This document shows positions 1-9,171 of a stretch of 64,000 nucleotides of DNA, in pieces. The stretch covers positions 7,158 through 71,157 of the forward strand of contig JAYUQS010000131.1 in the NCBI GenBank assembly GCA_043756645.1, in the 5' to 3' direction. Position 1 is the first letter of the stretch, and each line of letters opens with the position of its first letter. The stretch is from Hyphomicrobiales bacterium. Its GTDB lineage: Bacteria > Pseudomonadota > Alphaproteobacteria > Rhizobiales > Aestuariivirgaceae. The position numbers were made by a program, and so were the translations under genes. The notes under the pieces were generated by a model. The model had not been told where the DNA came from. It ran no database searches and saw only the letters and a list, made by a program, of their open reading frames with translations.

Positions 1-328
1 TGCCGATGTAAACCTGAACGGGCCTGCCGCCGTGGTTTCCTTACCGACTTCGCAGTGGTAAGCTGGTGCCGCCGACCGTAAGACCACCACCTGGGCCGTG
101 GTTTCCTTACCGACTTCGCAGTGGTAAGCTGGCTTTTGCTTCGGCAACTACATCAACCACGCCGTGGTTTCCTTACCGACTTCGCAGTGGTAAGCTAAAA
201 CCCATGTGCCATGCCACGGCTACGGCGCCGTGGTTTCCTTACCGACTTCGCAGTGGTAAGCTTCCGAAAGTGTATTTCAATAAGCAAGTCGGGCCGTGGT
301 TTCCTTACCGACTTCGCAGTGGTAAGCT
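1..328 (+). CRISPR. Type II-C CRISPR array, leader/cas2-proximal end; continues beyond the left edge of the window
   Basis: Five identical 36-nt repeats GCCGTGGTTTCCTTACCGACTTCGCAGTGGTAAGCT at 29-64, 95-130, 161-196, 227-262 and 293-328. Unique 30-nt spacers at 65-94, 131-160, 197-226 and 263-292, plus a truncated spacer at 1-28. The + strand crRNA polarity is inferred from the tracrRNA anti-repeat and a TGnTAAGCT extended -10 at each repeat 3' end. Confidence 0.99.
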
Positions 329-384
329 CGCTCCCGTCCAAGACGCTGAAAACGTTAAAATATTCCCTCTTAATGGGAAGAGTT

Positions 385-723
385 TCAGAGCAGCACCAGC
401 TGATTTGTGGCCATTTTTTCACTCTTTTTTGATTCGCCAACGAGCATTTTCATGCGGGCGTATTGGCGTTCCGTGACCTGCAATGTGCGCACACTTCCCT
501 TGGCAGGCAAGCGTTTTGTGACGCGGCCAATATGTTTGTCCACTGCTTCCTCGCCCCGGCAGACGCGCGCATAAACTGAGAATTGCAGCATCATGTAGCC
601 ATCGTCTTTCAGGAAATTGCGAAAGCGGGTGGCGGTGCGGCGCTGGTCCTTGGTGCCAACGGGCAGATCGAAAAACACAAACACCCACATGTAACGCACC
701 TCACTGGCTTTCATCCCGCTCAC
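385..723 (-). CDS. cas2: CRISPR-associated endoribonuclease Cas2
   Basis: MWVFVFFDLP...FRNFLKDDGYMMLQFSVYAR Cas2 motifs; lies between cas1 and the array. Confidence 0.97.
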   Translation of the reverse strand: MSGMKASEVRYMWVFVFFDLPVGTKDQRRTATRFRNFLKDDGYMMLQFSVYARVCRGEEAVDKHIGRVTKRLPAKGSVRTLQVTERQYARMKMLVGESKKSEKMATNQLVLL

Positions 724-1607
724 TCCAAATGCGGTAACTCCAATAACAGCGGTGACGAACTTTCCATGGCCCGTACCAAAGACGCTGCCGCCCGTTCAGT
801 TGATATCAGTACACTGACGGTTTCAGCGCCGAACTTCACATCTTCATGCAAAATTCCGGCCAGTGCCCGGCGTTCCGAAATGACCAATTCACCAGATTTT
901 CGTGTGCCATTATCGGACAGCTTGAAAACCTTCGCATCGACCAGCGGGCGAAACGGCTCAAACAGATCATCAGCCAGATTGAAAGCATTTGCAGCGCTTT
1001 CATGAAACAATCCGAAGCAGGGCAACAAACCGGATGCAACAAGGGCGCGGGCGATGGCTGAGCGGATAATGGCATAGCCATAGTTTAGCATGGCGTTACG
1101 CAAATCAGTTTCATCGCTGCGGATGAAATCATCAAACAGGGTGGACCAATACTCCCGGGCAGCGCGGGCCTCGGTGTTTTCAGTGTCACCTGATGTGACA
1201 AATTTGGCGATTGCCGCAACCACTGTTCCGTCCCGACCACAAACGTCCAAACACGCAGCCTGATTTTCAATCTTGGCAATGACAAGAGATTGCCAAAGAC
1301 GCTTCTTCAATGGCAACGAAAGACCAATCTGCATCGCTGCCACCGCCGCTTGTCGATGATGGGTGTGGAAGGGAAGCGCTATGCCCGAAGGCGTGTGGCG
1401 TTCATCGGTAAAGATGATGGCCACGCCCATGTTCATACAAGCCGACACCAGTGACACGGAAAGTGTTGAATGATTGGAATCCAAAACAATCCAAGCCACA
1501 TCCTCCAGCGGCATGGCCACGTCACCCTCATCCTGCGCAACACAAAGCTGTTGGTCTTTATAACTCAGCCTTGCGGGTTTGGAGATATGCACACCTTTCC
1601 ACGCCAT
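720..1607 (-). CDS. cas1: Type II CRISPR-associated endonuclease Cas1
   Basis: 295 aa; EARAAREYW, NAMLNYGYAIIRS and LFHE..NAFNLADDLFEPFRP motifs; ATGA overlap with cas2. Confidence 0.97.
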   Translation of the reverse strand: MAWKGVHISKPARLSYKDQQLCVAQDEGDVAMPLEDVAWIVLDSNHSTLSVSLVSACMNMGVAIIFTDERHTPSGIALPFHTHHRQAAVAAMQIGLSLPLKKRLWQSLVIAKIENQAACLDVCGRDGTVVAAIAKFVTSGDTENTEARAAREYWSTLFDDFIRSDETDLRNAMLNYGYAIIRSAIARALVASGLLPCFGLFHESAANAFNLADDLFEPFRPLVDAKVFKLSDNGTRKSGELVISERRALAGILHEDVKFGAETVSVLISTERAAASLVRAMESSSPLLLELPHLE

Positions 1608-4600
1608 GTCCGCTCTTCGCTTTTGATTTCATTCAAACGACCTAGCCTGTCTACACTAAACTTTTTGATGGAATTCAAAGTTTTGCTCCCGACTTTCGAT
1701 GAGAACTCAAGATTGTTTTGGTGATAGGATACTCGCATTCCAGCGTCGTTTCTGTTCACATCTCTGAAGTATCCCGCGATGACTTCACCATCAGATTTCA
1801 CCATTTCAATGTAGGCCATTGGTTCGATGGGAAAGATGTATTCGTATGAGGAGTCCAATGAAGGCCACTCGTGTTCATCTTTATGTGCAAGCATAGCCTT
1901 TTTGGGCGGTAATTGGTCAGTTGCAATTTGGTGCGGGTAAACTGGAACCAAATAGTGGTTCCATTTTCCATTGGGCTTTTGTTTTCTGAACACATCCACC
2001 CGAGCCATGTCGCCCCGATCCACAGCACCCTTGCGTACAAATACTTCCGGCTTCCTTTTCGAAAGTAAAGCGACTTTCGAAATAGGATCACCTTTAGGTG
2101 ACAAGGGTGGTTTATCTCCAGGTTTACCCAGCAAAATCCAATTGTGAAGGGAGTCAATTACAGCGGCATTGCGCTCGGGGTCTTTGACATTTTCAAGATC
2201 TTTCTCCGTCAAATTTGACACTTGTTTGCGCTCAAAAACTTTGGCCTCACCGTTCACTTCGGAAATCGAACGGATTGTAGCATCATGTGCCTTTCCTCTC
2301 GCACGATGCCTCTCCGCACGTGAGACAAAAACACCCTCAACTTTCTTCATCACTTCATCCCTGAACCCCGGCCAAGGTTGGTCCAGTGCGCTGAAATCTC
2401 GCGGACTTCCAATTGCTTCCTGCTTTTGAAATGCCCGCGTTAAAACCTGCATCATGCCTTCAGTTGTCGCCGCAGTGATGACGGCATCCAGCGCATGGTG
2501 TCGATCATCGGGAATGCGTTGCCCTGTCTTTTCGTCCTTCTTCATCCACTGTACGCCCCAGCCACGCCGCAATCGATCTGTCAAAGCGCCCGGCCTCGTG
2601 AACACTTTGCGGTCTCGTTTGTCTTTTGGATAAAGCTGCTTCAAGCATTCCGCCAAAAGGCGGCAAGCCCAGCGGGTGTCATTCAAGTTTCGCGTTAGAA
2701 ATTTTCCCTCAACGCTTGCGGCATCCCTAATGGTATAGTTGCGACGTTTGTAGCCTTTGAGTGCGGGCAGGGCCTTTACGCGGGCTTCAAGCGCTTCCCA
2801 GTCAGTTTCGCTCTTGTCTTTGCTGAACCATTCAAAAGGTGTGCGCCCGCGCTTTTCCTGATTTGCCTTTGCTGTGCAAAGTGTTTTGTTGTTGAAGCTG
2901 TCATCGCCAAAGCGGCTCCAAGGCAGAATGTGATCGACCTGCACTGAATTGTCGGTTGCAACTACTTGGCTGGGGCTGATGTACTCATCGCTGTAGACAC
3001 ATTTTCCGTTTTGCTGCTTCCAAAGCTCAAAGCGCATAAGCTCATTGGCTGATGTGCAAGGTTGGCCAACCTTGTCTGCAAATTCCAAACGCAACTTGTC
3101 TTTTTCCTTGTTCCGCCTCTCAATGCCGTTTTCAATTTCACGACGTTCGTCAATACCTTTTCCAATGTCGCGGGCCAATTCGATGTGAATGGCGTCAGGG
3201 ATACCATGCACTTCAACAATGGCCTTCACCTGCTTGACGGCTTCTATCAGTGCTTTCCTGGCTGTGGGGCTGCCGACCGAGTGACGATTAATCCGTTCAC
3301 CGGAAAGAATTTTCTTCAAAGCTTCTTTGCCGTGAATACCAACATCGAAGGCATGACGCTCTCGGCTGTCGGTGTGATCATAGTTGCACTTCTTTGCGGC
3401 GTCAGAATAAACGAGGGTCTGCGCCAAATGCGGAATCATATTACGGCAAGCGAGTGATGATACATTCCCAGCGCCCGTGAATTTGATGAATGTATTTCCG
3501 TTTGTCGCATCCATGAGAGCTTCAATGACAACTGGCTCAAGTCCGATTTCATTCAAGCCGGAACGAATGTTTGTGAGGTCTGAGCGGAACGAAATAACCT
3601 CCGCAATGCGGTCCAGTTTTTCCGGTGTTTTGACGAGGGAATCCCAAGCTGCACCTTTGAGCAAGGTATGCAAGGTGCCGGCACCTTCTGCCGCGTTTCC
3701 GCTGCGTGCCACCGCATCAAGTTTTTCGTCTTCAAAGCGCACACTTGCAAAGCTTGCAGCATCCGAAAGTTTCCAGAGATTTCGGAGCGTGGTGTAAGAA
3801 ATCTTTTTTGTCGATCCGAAATTGCTTGTAGCTATTGCAAGTTCTTCGGCAGTAACGCGTCTCCGGTCGCGCCCTTCGCGGATTTCAAATGTGTTGAGCC
3901 GCGATAGAAAACGAAACAACTCAAATGAGTAACCGCGTTTTGATGTTCGCTTCTCCTTTGTTTCGAAAGCGCAGTTTGCCAATAGTTTTTCGCTATCTTG
4001 CAAACCGCGTTGGTGAAACGGTGCATTTTCTCGCGTTTCATCAAGATATTCGGCTTCCAGTTCGCGTGTCGCAAATTTTGAACCCAGTCGGCGTTGTGTG
4101 CTAAAGATTGCGCGGACTTCCGCGGCAAGGTCGGCACGTTGTGGGGTGCGGGAAAAGTCGCTTTCTTTATTACGTTTTCGGTCTGCAAAAGTGGGGTCAG
4201 TTGCAATCGTCTCGCCAAACGTGCGGCCTGCAAACTTTTCCTGTGTTTGCGCCATGGCCTTTTTCATTTTTGAACCTTCGACGTCATTTTCTCCTTGCGA
4301 TTTGGCATTGGATTTGAAGCCTCGATGACGGGCAATGTGTCCTAGTGCTATGGCCAGTTCTTTGGCGGTCAAAAGTTTCTGCGTCGCTTTGGCCCTTGCG
4401 TCCCAAGGATTGACGCCTTGAAATTTCAAAGCGTCTTGTTTCGCATCCGGCAACAAACCATGATGTTGCAAAAGTTTGCGCACACCATTCATACGTTGCC
4501 TCCTCCGCCGGATTATGCGCCGTTGCCCCCGGAATGTCCGCCTCGCTTCAGACTTGAGCTTTGGGCCGGATTGAGTTGCCTCTTCCGGCGAGTCAAACAT

Positions 4601-4708
4601 GCGGGTGCCGCAAGCGATGATTGATCCGGTCGTTTCCGCCGCATCATATTCCAACACCGCCCACCCAACACTCGCAATTCCGCAATCAAGTCCCAGAACC
4701 TTTGGCAT
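1565..4708 (-). CDS. cas9: Type II-C Cas9 (~1047 aa); catalytic motifs appear intact
   Basis: RuvC-I LGLDCGIASVGWA, Arg-rich bridge helix, RuvC-II IHIELAR, HNH VDHILPWSRFGDDSFNNKTLC, RuvC-III RHHALDA. No csn2 or cas4. Start placed at MPKVLG (4708) because the longer ORF-track start runs into the tracrRNA. Confidence 0.97.
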   Translation of the reverse strand: MPKVLGLDCGIASVGWAVLEYDAAETTGSIIACGTRMFDSPEEATQSGPKLKSEARRTFRGQRRIIRRRRQRMNGVRKLLQHHGLLPDAKQDALKFQGVNPWDARAKATQKLLTAKELAIALGHIARHRGFKSNAKSQGENDVEGSKMKKAMAQTQEKFAGRTFGETIATDPTFADRKRNKESDFSRTPQRADLAAEVRAIFSTQRRLGSKFATRELEAEYLDETRENAPFHQRGLQDSEKLLANCAFETKEKRTSKRGYSFELFRFLSRLNTFEIREGRDRRRVTAEELAIATSNFGSTKKISYTTLRNLWKLSDAASFASVRFEDEKLDAVARSGNAAEGAGTLHTLLKGAAWDSLVKTPEKLDRIAEVISFRSDLTNIRSGLNEIGLEPVVIEALMDATNGNTFIKFTGAGNVSSLACRNMIPHLAQTLVYSDAAKKCNYDHTDSRERHAFDVGIHGKEALKKILSGERINRHSVGSPTARKALIEAVKQVKAIVEVHGIPDAIHIELARDIGKGIDERREIENGIERRNKEKDKLRLEFADKVGQPCTSANELMRFELWKQQNGKCVYSDEYISPSQVVATDNSVQVDHILPWSRFGDDSFNNKTLCTAKANQEKRGRTPFEWFSKDKSETDWEALEARVKALPALKGYKRRNYTIRDAASVEGKFLTRNLNDTRWACRLLAECLKQLYPKDKRDRKVFTRPGALTDRLRRGWGVQWMKKDEKTGQRIPDDRHHALDAVITAATTEGMMQVLTRAFQKQEAIGSPRDFSALDQPWPGFRDEVMKKVEGVFVSRAERHRARGKAHDATIRSISEVNGEAKVFERKQVSNLTEKDLENVKDPERNAAVIDSLHNWILLGKPGDKPPLSPKGDPISKVALLSKRKPEVFVRKGAVDRGDMARVDVFRKQKPNGKWNHYLVPVYPHQIATDQLPPKKAMLAHKDEHEWPSLDSSYEYIFPIEPMAYIEMVKSDGEVIAGYFRDVNRNDAGMRVSYHQNNLEFSSKVGSKTLNSIKKFSVDRLGRLNEIKSEERTWRGKVCISPNPQG

Positions 4709-4736
4709 GGTTGTCCCTTTGCTGCTGTCACCACTC

Positions 4737-4765
4737 TTGACGCTAGCAATAAACATGCCTAGGTT
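4737..4765 (+). promoter_or_regulatory. Sigma70-like promoter for tracrRNA
   Basis: TTGACG (4737-4742), 17 bp spacer, TAGGTT (4760-4765). The predicted TSS near 4772 coincides with the start of the anti-repeat match. Confidence 0.65.
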
Positions 4766-4771
4766 GAAGAG

Positions 4772-4890
4772 GCGAAGTCGGAAGGGAAACCACGGCAAGG
4801 ATTTGAACCCTTGTGGTTCCTAATCTGAAGGATTACCCCTGTTCGGGAAACCGGGCAGGGGGATTCCCCCGCCGCTCACTCAATTCATCG
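4772..4890 (+). ncRNA. tracrRNA: tracrRNA (3' end approximate)
   Basis: 4772-4796 GCGAAGTCGGAAGGGAAACCACGGC matches the repeat reverse complement at 23/25. It is followed by a nexus-like AAGG and hairpins, e.g. CCCTGTTCGG-GAAA-CCGGGCAGGG. Confidence 0.9.
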
Positions 4891-4953
4891 TCACCACGTC
4901 GTTTTCCTGATGGGCTCAAAACTGTTGTGGTGGCGGATTTCTGGAGTATTCCT

Positions 4954-4983
4954 GTTATAGGACTATTGACCGCGCGGTGTCAA
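4954..4983 (-). promoter_or_regulatory. Putative cas9-cas1-cas2 promoter
   Basis: Minus-strand TTGACA (4983-4978), 18 bp spacer, TATAAC (4959-4954). Confidence 0.6.
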
Positions 4984-5011
4984 GTGTTATTTTCCTATTG
5001 TGGAAAAACAT

Positions 5012-5044
5012 AAAAAGGCCGCAGCAGTTCCCTGCGCGGCCTTT
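5012..5044 (-). terminator. Rho-independent terminator of sciP, possibly bidirectional
   Basis: AAAGGCCGC...GCGGCCTTT hairpin with a T-run on the minus strand. Confidence 0.75.
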
Positions 5045-5064
5045 GAAACTCAAAATCGACAAAC

Positions 5065-5346
5065 TTACTGACGATATTGCTGAATGCGCGTTGTCCGCAA
5101 TCCGGCCAAACCATTCTTATCCAGCGAACGCTGCCACGACAGATATTCTTCCGTGGTCAGCGTGTAACGCTCACAGGCTTCCTCGAGGCTCAAAAGGCCC
5201 CCGCGCACGGCTGCAACCACCTCTGCCTTGCGGCGGATGACCCATCGATGCGAGCCTGGTGGTGGAAGATCCGCAATCGTCAGCGGGCTCCCATCGGGAC
5301 CGATGACGTAATTCACGCGGGGACGCAATTGACCTGTAGGGTTCAT
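5065..5346 (-). CDS. sciP: CtrA inhibitor SciP (DUF1153)
   Basis: VIGPDGSPLTIADLPP...RWVIRRKAEVVAAVRGGLLSLEEAC...GLRTTRIQQYR signature; divergent from mnmA as in other alphaproteobacteria. Confidence 0.93.
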   Translation of the reverse strand: MNPTGQLRPRVNYVIGPDGSPLTIADLPPPGSHRWVIRRKAEVVAAVRGGLLSLEEACERYTLTTEEYLSWQRSLDKNGLAGLRTTRIQQYRQ

Positions 5347-5430
5347 ACGCTTTTACTCACTCACACACTCACATCTGGGCGCACAACTGGTGCTTAACTG
5401 CCCAACTTCGATGACCCTACGCCACAGGTT

Positions 5431-5445
5431 TTAATTTTGAGCTAA
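5431..5445. promoter_or_regulatory. Probable CtrA-binding box upstream of sciP
   Basis: TTAA-N7-CTAA, one mismatch to TTAA-N7-TTAA; sciP is a known CtrA target. Confidence 0.5.
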
Positions 5446-5536
5446 GCGATCGTGAACGAATTGCAAATTCTGGCAATTGGTTGCGCCAAATCGGAACAGA
5501 ATTGCATTCAAACGCCATTTGGCCCATGGAGAGGCC

Positions 5537-6691
5537 ATGAAATTAAGTCACCATATGCTGGAAACCGTTCACGCGGCCATGCAGTTGCCGGGCAATCCCG
5601 CCGATCACCGGGTTGTGGTGGCGATGTCGGGCGGGGTTGATTCATCCGTGGCGGCGGCGTTGATTAAGCTCGCTGGTTATGAAACTGTTGGTATTACCTT
5701 ACAGTTGTATGATCACGGTGAAGCTATTCGGCGTAAGGGTGCGTGTTGTGCCGGCCAAGATATTCATGATGCGCGGCGCGTATCAGCCGCACTTGATATT
5801 CCACATTACGTGTTGGATTTTGAATCGCGTTTCAAGGAAGCGGTGATTGACGATTTCGTTGACACTTATTTGCAGGGTGCCACACCGATCCCTTGTGTGC
5901 GCTGCAATCAAACCGTGAAGTTTGCAGATTTGCTGTGGCGCTCGCGCGAGCTTGGGGCATCGGCCTTGGTCACGGGGCATTATGTTGACTCGGTGTTAAC
6001 ATCTGCCGGTCGCGAGCTGCGCACGCCCGCTGATATGGCGCGCGACCAGAGTTATTTTCTATTTGCGACAACGCAAGAGCAAGTGAACTATCTGCGCTTC
6101 CCGCTGGGTCGACTGACAAAGCCTGAAACCCGCGCCTTGGCCACTGAGCTGGGATTGATGGTGGCAGATAAACCTGACAGCCAGGACATTTGCTTTGTGC
6201 CCGATGGCAAATATGCGGATTTGATTTTAAAGCTGCGGCCCGATGCGGCGGGTGTCGGGGACATTGTTCACCTTGATGGCCGTGTGCTCGGGCGTCATGA
6301 AGGAATTTTACATTACACAATCGGCCAACGCCGTGGGCTTGGAGTTGCCGATGTTGAACCGCTTTACGTGATCAAACTGGATGCGGCGGCCAAGCGCGTG
6401 ATTGTGGGGCCACGCGAAGCTTTGAAGCAGACGGATATTGCCGTCAAAGATTTAAACTGGTTGGGGGCTGCTCCTTTGAGTGAAATGCCGCAGCCGGTTT
6501 ACGCGCGCATTCGTTCGACCCGGCCGCCGGTTTTGGCCAGTGTGCGGAAAGCTTCAGGCGATGTGATCGTGACAATTCCCGAGGGTGAATATGGGGTGTC
6601 GCCAGGGCAGGCTTGTGTTTTATATGATGCGCCGGGGCCGGGACAACGGGTTTTAGGCGGCGGTTTCATTGCTCTCACGAACTTGCTATAA
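5537..6691 (+). CDS. mnmA: tRNA 2-thiouridine(34) synthase MnmA
   Basis: [14 protein letters not shown]-loop, PCVRCN, DQSYFL, DSQDICF and SPGQACV motifs; GGAGAGG RBS before 5537. Confidence 0.96.
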   Translation: MKLSHHMLETVHAAMQLPGNPADHRVVVAMSGGVDSSVAAALIKLAGYETVGITLQLYDHGEAIRRKGACCAGQDIHDARRVSAALDIPHYVLDFESRFKEAVIDDFVDTYLQGATPIPCVRCNQTVKFADLLWRSRELGASALVTGHYVDSVLTSAGRELRTPADMARDQSYFLFATTQEQVNYLRFPLGRLTKPETRALATELGLMVADKPDSQDICFVPDGKYADLILKLRPDAAGVGDIVHLDGRVLGRHEGILHYTIGQRRGLGVADVEPLYVIKLDAAAKRVIVGPREALKQTDIAVKDLNWLGAAPLSEMPQPVYARIRSTRPPVLASVRKASGDVIVTIPEGEYGVSPGQACVLYDAPGPGQRVLGGGFIALTNLL

Positions 6692-6717
6692 CAGTTGAAA
6701 CAGGAAGATCTCCCCTC

Positions 6718-7518
6718 GTGGCTAAACTTCAAATTACTCCGCAGCTCGACAAGGAAATTAAAAAGGGCATTGCGTGGTCAGTCCATGCTTTCACAACCTT
6801 TGGCATTGTTGCAGGATTTTTAGCTCTGGTCGCCGTTTTGAAGGGCGATGCCTTTACAGCCTTCGTATGGCTTGGCGTTGCTTTGTTCGTGGATGGCGTT
6901 GACGGCTCATTGGCCCGCAAGGCGCGCGTTACTGAATATACCCCGAATTTCGATGGCGCGTCTTTGGACTTGGTGATCGACTATTTCACTTACGTCGCCG
7001 TACCTGCCTTGATGGTTTATTGGTTCAATATGGTGCCGGTGAATTTCATCTTTACCGGTGACACCTGGAGCCTGATCTGCGCCGTCATCATTATGGCGGT
7101 GTCGTGCTACACCTTCGCCAATGTCGGCATGAAGTCATCTGATTATTATTTCGTGGGCTTTCCGGCTTTGTGGAATGTGGTGGTGCTGTATTTCTATTTG
7201 TTCGACACAGGCTCAGTGACGAACCTCGTCACCATATTATTACTGGCGGTGCTAACATTTATTCCCGTTAAATTTGTCCACCCTTTGCGCGTTACACATT
7301 GGCGTAGCATCACAGTACCCGTCACAATTTTGTGGGCTGCCATGGCCTTGAGTCTGATTTTGGCTAAGCGCTTTGCCGATCAGTTCGGTTTTGTTGAACA
7401 GTTGGAGCTTTGGATTTTCGGCGCGGCGTCCCTGTATTTCGCGTGGATTTCGTTATGGCGTACATTCATTTTGGGTGATGCGGGCGAAGAGGAAGAAACC
7501 GCAGCGACTGACGCTTGA
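6718..7518 (+). CDS. pcs: Phosphatidylcholine synthase (CDP-alcohol phosphatidyltransferase)
   Basis: DGVDGSLARK...FDGASLDLVIDYFTY motif, multiple TM segments, YFVGFPALWN. Confidence 0.88.
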   Translation: MAKLQITPQLDKEIKKGIAWSVHAFTTFGIVAGFLALVAVLKGDAFTAFVWLGVALFVDGVDGSLARKARVTEYTPNFDGASLDLVIDYFTYVAVPALMVYWFNMVPVNFIFTGDTWSLICAVIIMAVSCYTFANVGMKSSDYYFVGFPALWNVVVLYFYLFDTGSVTNLVTILLLAVLTFIPVKFVHPLRVTHWRSITVPVTILWAAMALSLILAKRFADQFGFVEQLELWIFGAASLYFAWISLWRTFILGDAGEEEETAATDA

Positions 7519-7563
7519 CGTCACGGGGTTTTTGTCACTATACGGCGCTCACCTGATTGGTAT

Positions 7564-7640
7564 GGCGGGGTAGCTCAGTTGGTTAGAGCACGGGAATCAT
7601 AATCCTGGGGTCGGGGGTTCAACTCCCTCTCCCGCTACCA
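7564..7640 (+). tRNA. tRNA-Met (CAT, elongator), prophage attachment target
   Basis: GGCGGGGTAGCTCAGTTGGTTAGAGC...GGGAATCATAATCCTG...GGTTCAACTCCC...CCCGCTACCA cloverleaf with encoded CCA. Confidence 0.95.
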
Positions 7641-9171
7641 TCAAGAACCCACCCGTGGGGGTGAAGCTGGGCAGGCCGATGAGTTGGTTCAGGCGGCCTT
7701 TGATTTCGAATTTATAATCCGGATGCACGGTGATGCTGGCGATGAGCCCGCGCAATTCGTCGGCTTCTGCTGTGCCGGTAGCGAGTTCGCTTTGCAGATT
7801 GTGGATCTGTGCGATGTAACGATTGAGTGCCGTGGGGTGCAACGTCACCACATCGGCTGAAGGCTTGGCCGCAAGCGTGGCTTTCAATTGCCGTTCCTCG
7901 GATTCCAATTCTTTCACGCGGGGGCTGTGGCGCTCGGGGTCGATCTGGCCTTTGATCATCATCGTGACTGTGCGCTCGATCTCGGACGTGACGGAGGCCA
8001 ATCGCTTTTCGTTGTTGGCCTTGGATGATGCGCGCGTGTTGCTCAAGCGTCGGCGCTCGGCATTGTATTCGCGCACATAAGCCTCGATCAATTGGGGGTG
8101 TTGCAATTCCTGCCGCAGCACATCCAGTACGGCCATGGTGATGCGGTCCAGCTGGTACACACGGTTGTTGCTGCACGCGCCCGATTCCTGAAAGCGCGAA
8201 CAGCGAATGCGCGTCACGCCATTTTTCCGGTCGCGCACCACCAGTGAGCCGCCACAGCAATGGCATTTGAGCAGGCCTGACAGCAGATGTTTTGGCGCAC
8301 GCATCGTGTGGCCGCGCGGATCATAGACCCGGCGCTTGGCGGCAACAGCGTTCCACACATCCTCGTCGATGATGCGTAAGTGCGGCACTTGCGTTGACTG
8401 CCATTCCGATGCTGGATTGGCGCGGCTGATGCGGCGGCCTGTGTCCGGGTGCTTGAACATCTTCACTTTATTCCACACCAGTTGGCCGCGATAAAGCGCG
8501 TTGCCGAGGATGCCGTTGCCACGGTCTTTGCGTCCCTGAATCGTTGATGCGTTCCATCGGGTGCCCATGATGGGGGTGATGTTGTTTTCATTAAGTATTG
8601 CGGCGATTTTTCTGGGTGAATCACCAGACGCATAACAGGTAAAAATGCGGCGCACCACGTCGGCTTCGTGTTCGACAATCACAAGTTGGCCAGCCTCGCC
8701 TTTGACGGGGCGGTAACCATAGGCGCGGCCTCCTGCTGATTTGCCTGCGCGGATATTGCCCGCCATACCCCTGTGGGTTTTGTCGGCAAGGTCGGCCAGA
8801 AACAAAGTGCCCATCAGCCCGCGCACGGCAGCATTGATGGGGGTGGCCTTGCCGCCGTGCACTTCGATGATGGTCACGCCATCGAAACTCAGGCGCTTAT
8901 AAAGTGTGGCCATGTCAGCCTGGTCGCGCGATAAACGGTCAAGCGATTCAACCACCAGTGTTTTGAAACGGCCTTCAGCGGCATCACGCAACAGGCGCTG
9001 CAAGCCCAACCGTTGCACGGTGGATGCGCCCGACATGGCGCGGTCTTCGTAAGCGGCCACAACGGTCAAGCCTTCGCGCTGTGCATAGGTTTTGCAAAGG
9101 GCGAGTTGGTCCTCAATCGAGCGTTCGCTCTGCAGGTCGGAGGAATAGCGGGTGTAAATGGCGGCGGTCAT
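7597..9171 (-). CDS. Large serine recombinase (integrase)
   Basis: AIYTRYSSDLQ...SIEDQ catalytic Ser motif, LDRLSR, recombinase domain and CHCCG...C Zn-ribbon; 3' end overlaps the tRNA antisense. Confidence 0.95.
   Translation of the reverse strand: MTAAIYTRYSSDLQSERSIEDQLALCKTYAQREGLTVVAAYEDRAMSGASTVQRLGLQRLLRDAAEGRFKTLVVESLDRLSRDQADMATLYKRLSFDGVTIIEVHGGKATPINAAVRGLMGTLFLADLADKTHRGMAGNIRAGKSAGGRAYGYRPVKGEAGQLVIVEHEADVVRRIFTCYASGDSPRKIAAILNENNITPIMGTRWNASTIQGRKDRGNGILGNALYRGQLVWNKVKMFKHPDTGRRISRANPASEWQSTQVPHLRIIDEDVWNAVAAKRRVYDPRGHTMRAPKHLLSGLLKCHCCGGSLVVRDRKNGVTRIRCSRFQESGACSNNRVYQLDRITMAVLDVLRQELQHPQLIEAYVREYNAERRRLSNTRASSKANNEKRLASVTSEIERTVTMMIKGQIDPERHSPRVKELESEERQLKATLAAKPSADVVTLHPTALNRYIAQIHNLQSELATGTAEADELRGLIASITVHPDYKFEIKGRLNQLIGLPSFTPTGGFLMVAGEGVEPPTPGL
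7620..7641 (+). repeat. attL core (22-bp direct repeat)
   Basis: CAACTCCCTCTCCCGCTACCAT, identical to 53720-53741. Confidence 0.95.

Noticed and set aside
1-292. Prophage matches for the other spacers (1-28, 65-94, 131-160, 263-292)
   Set aside because: A by-eye search of both strands found no convincing match. The best was a short LNGPA-coding similarity between spacer 1-28 and about 45607-45621, too weak to count. A computed alignment could still find mismatched hits.
66-476. ORFs spanning the CRISPR array (66-476, 195-440, 211-432)
   Set aside because: Artefacts of 66-nt periodic repeats that lack stop codons in some frames.
4709-4798. 30-aa N-terminal extension of Cas9 in the ORF track
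   Set aside because: It overlaps the tracrRNA anti-repeat and promoter, and the RuvC-I motif starts right after Met at 4708.
7564-7640. Initiator tRNA-fMet or tRNA-Ile2 identity
   Set aside because: It lacks the C1:A72 mismatch and the three consecutive G:C pairs ending the anticodon stem of fMet, and has G4:C69 rather than the C4:G69 typical of Ile2. Elongator Met fits best.
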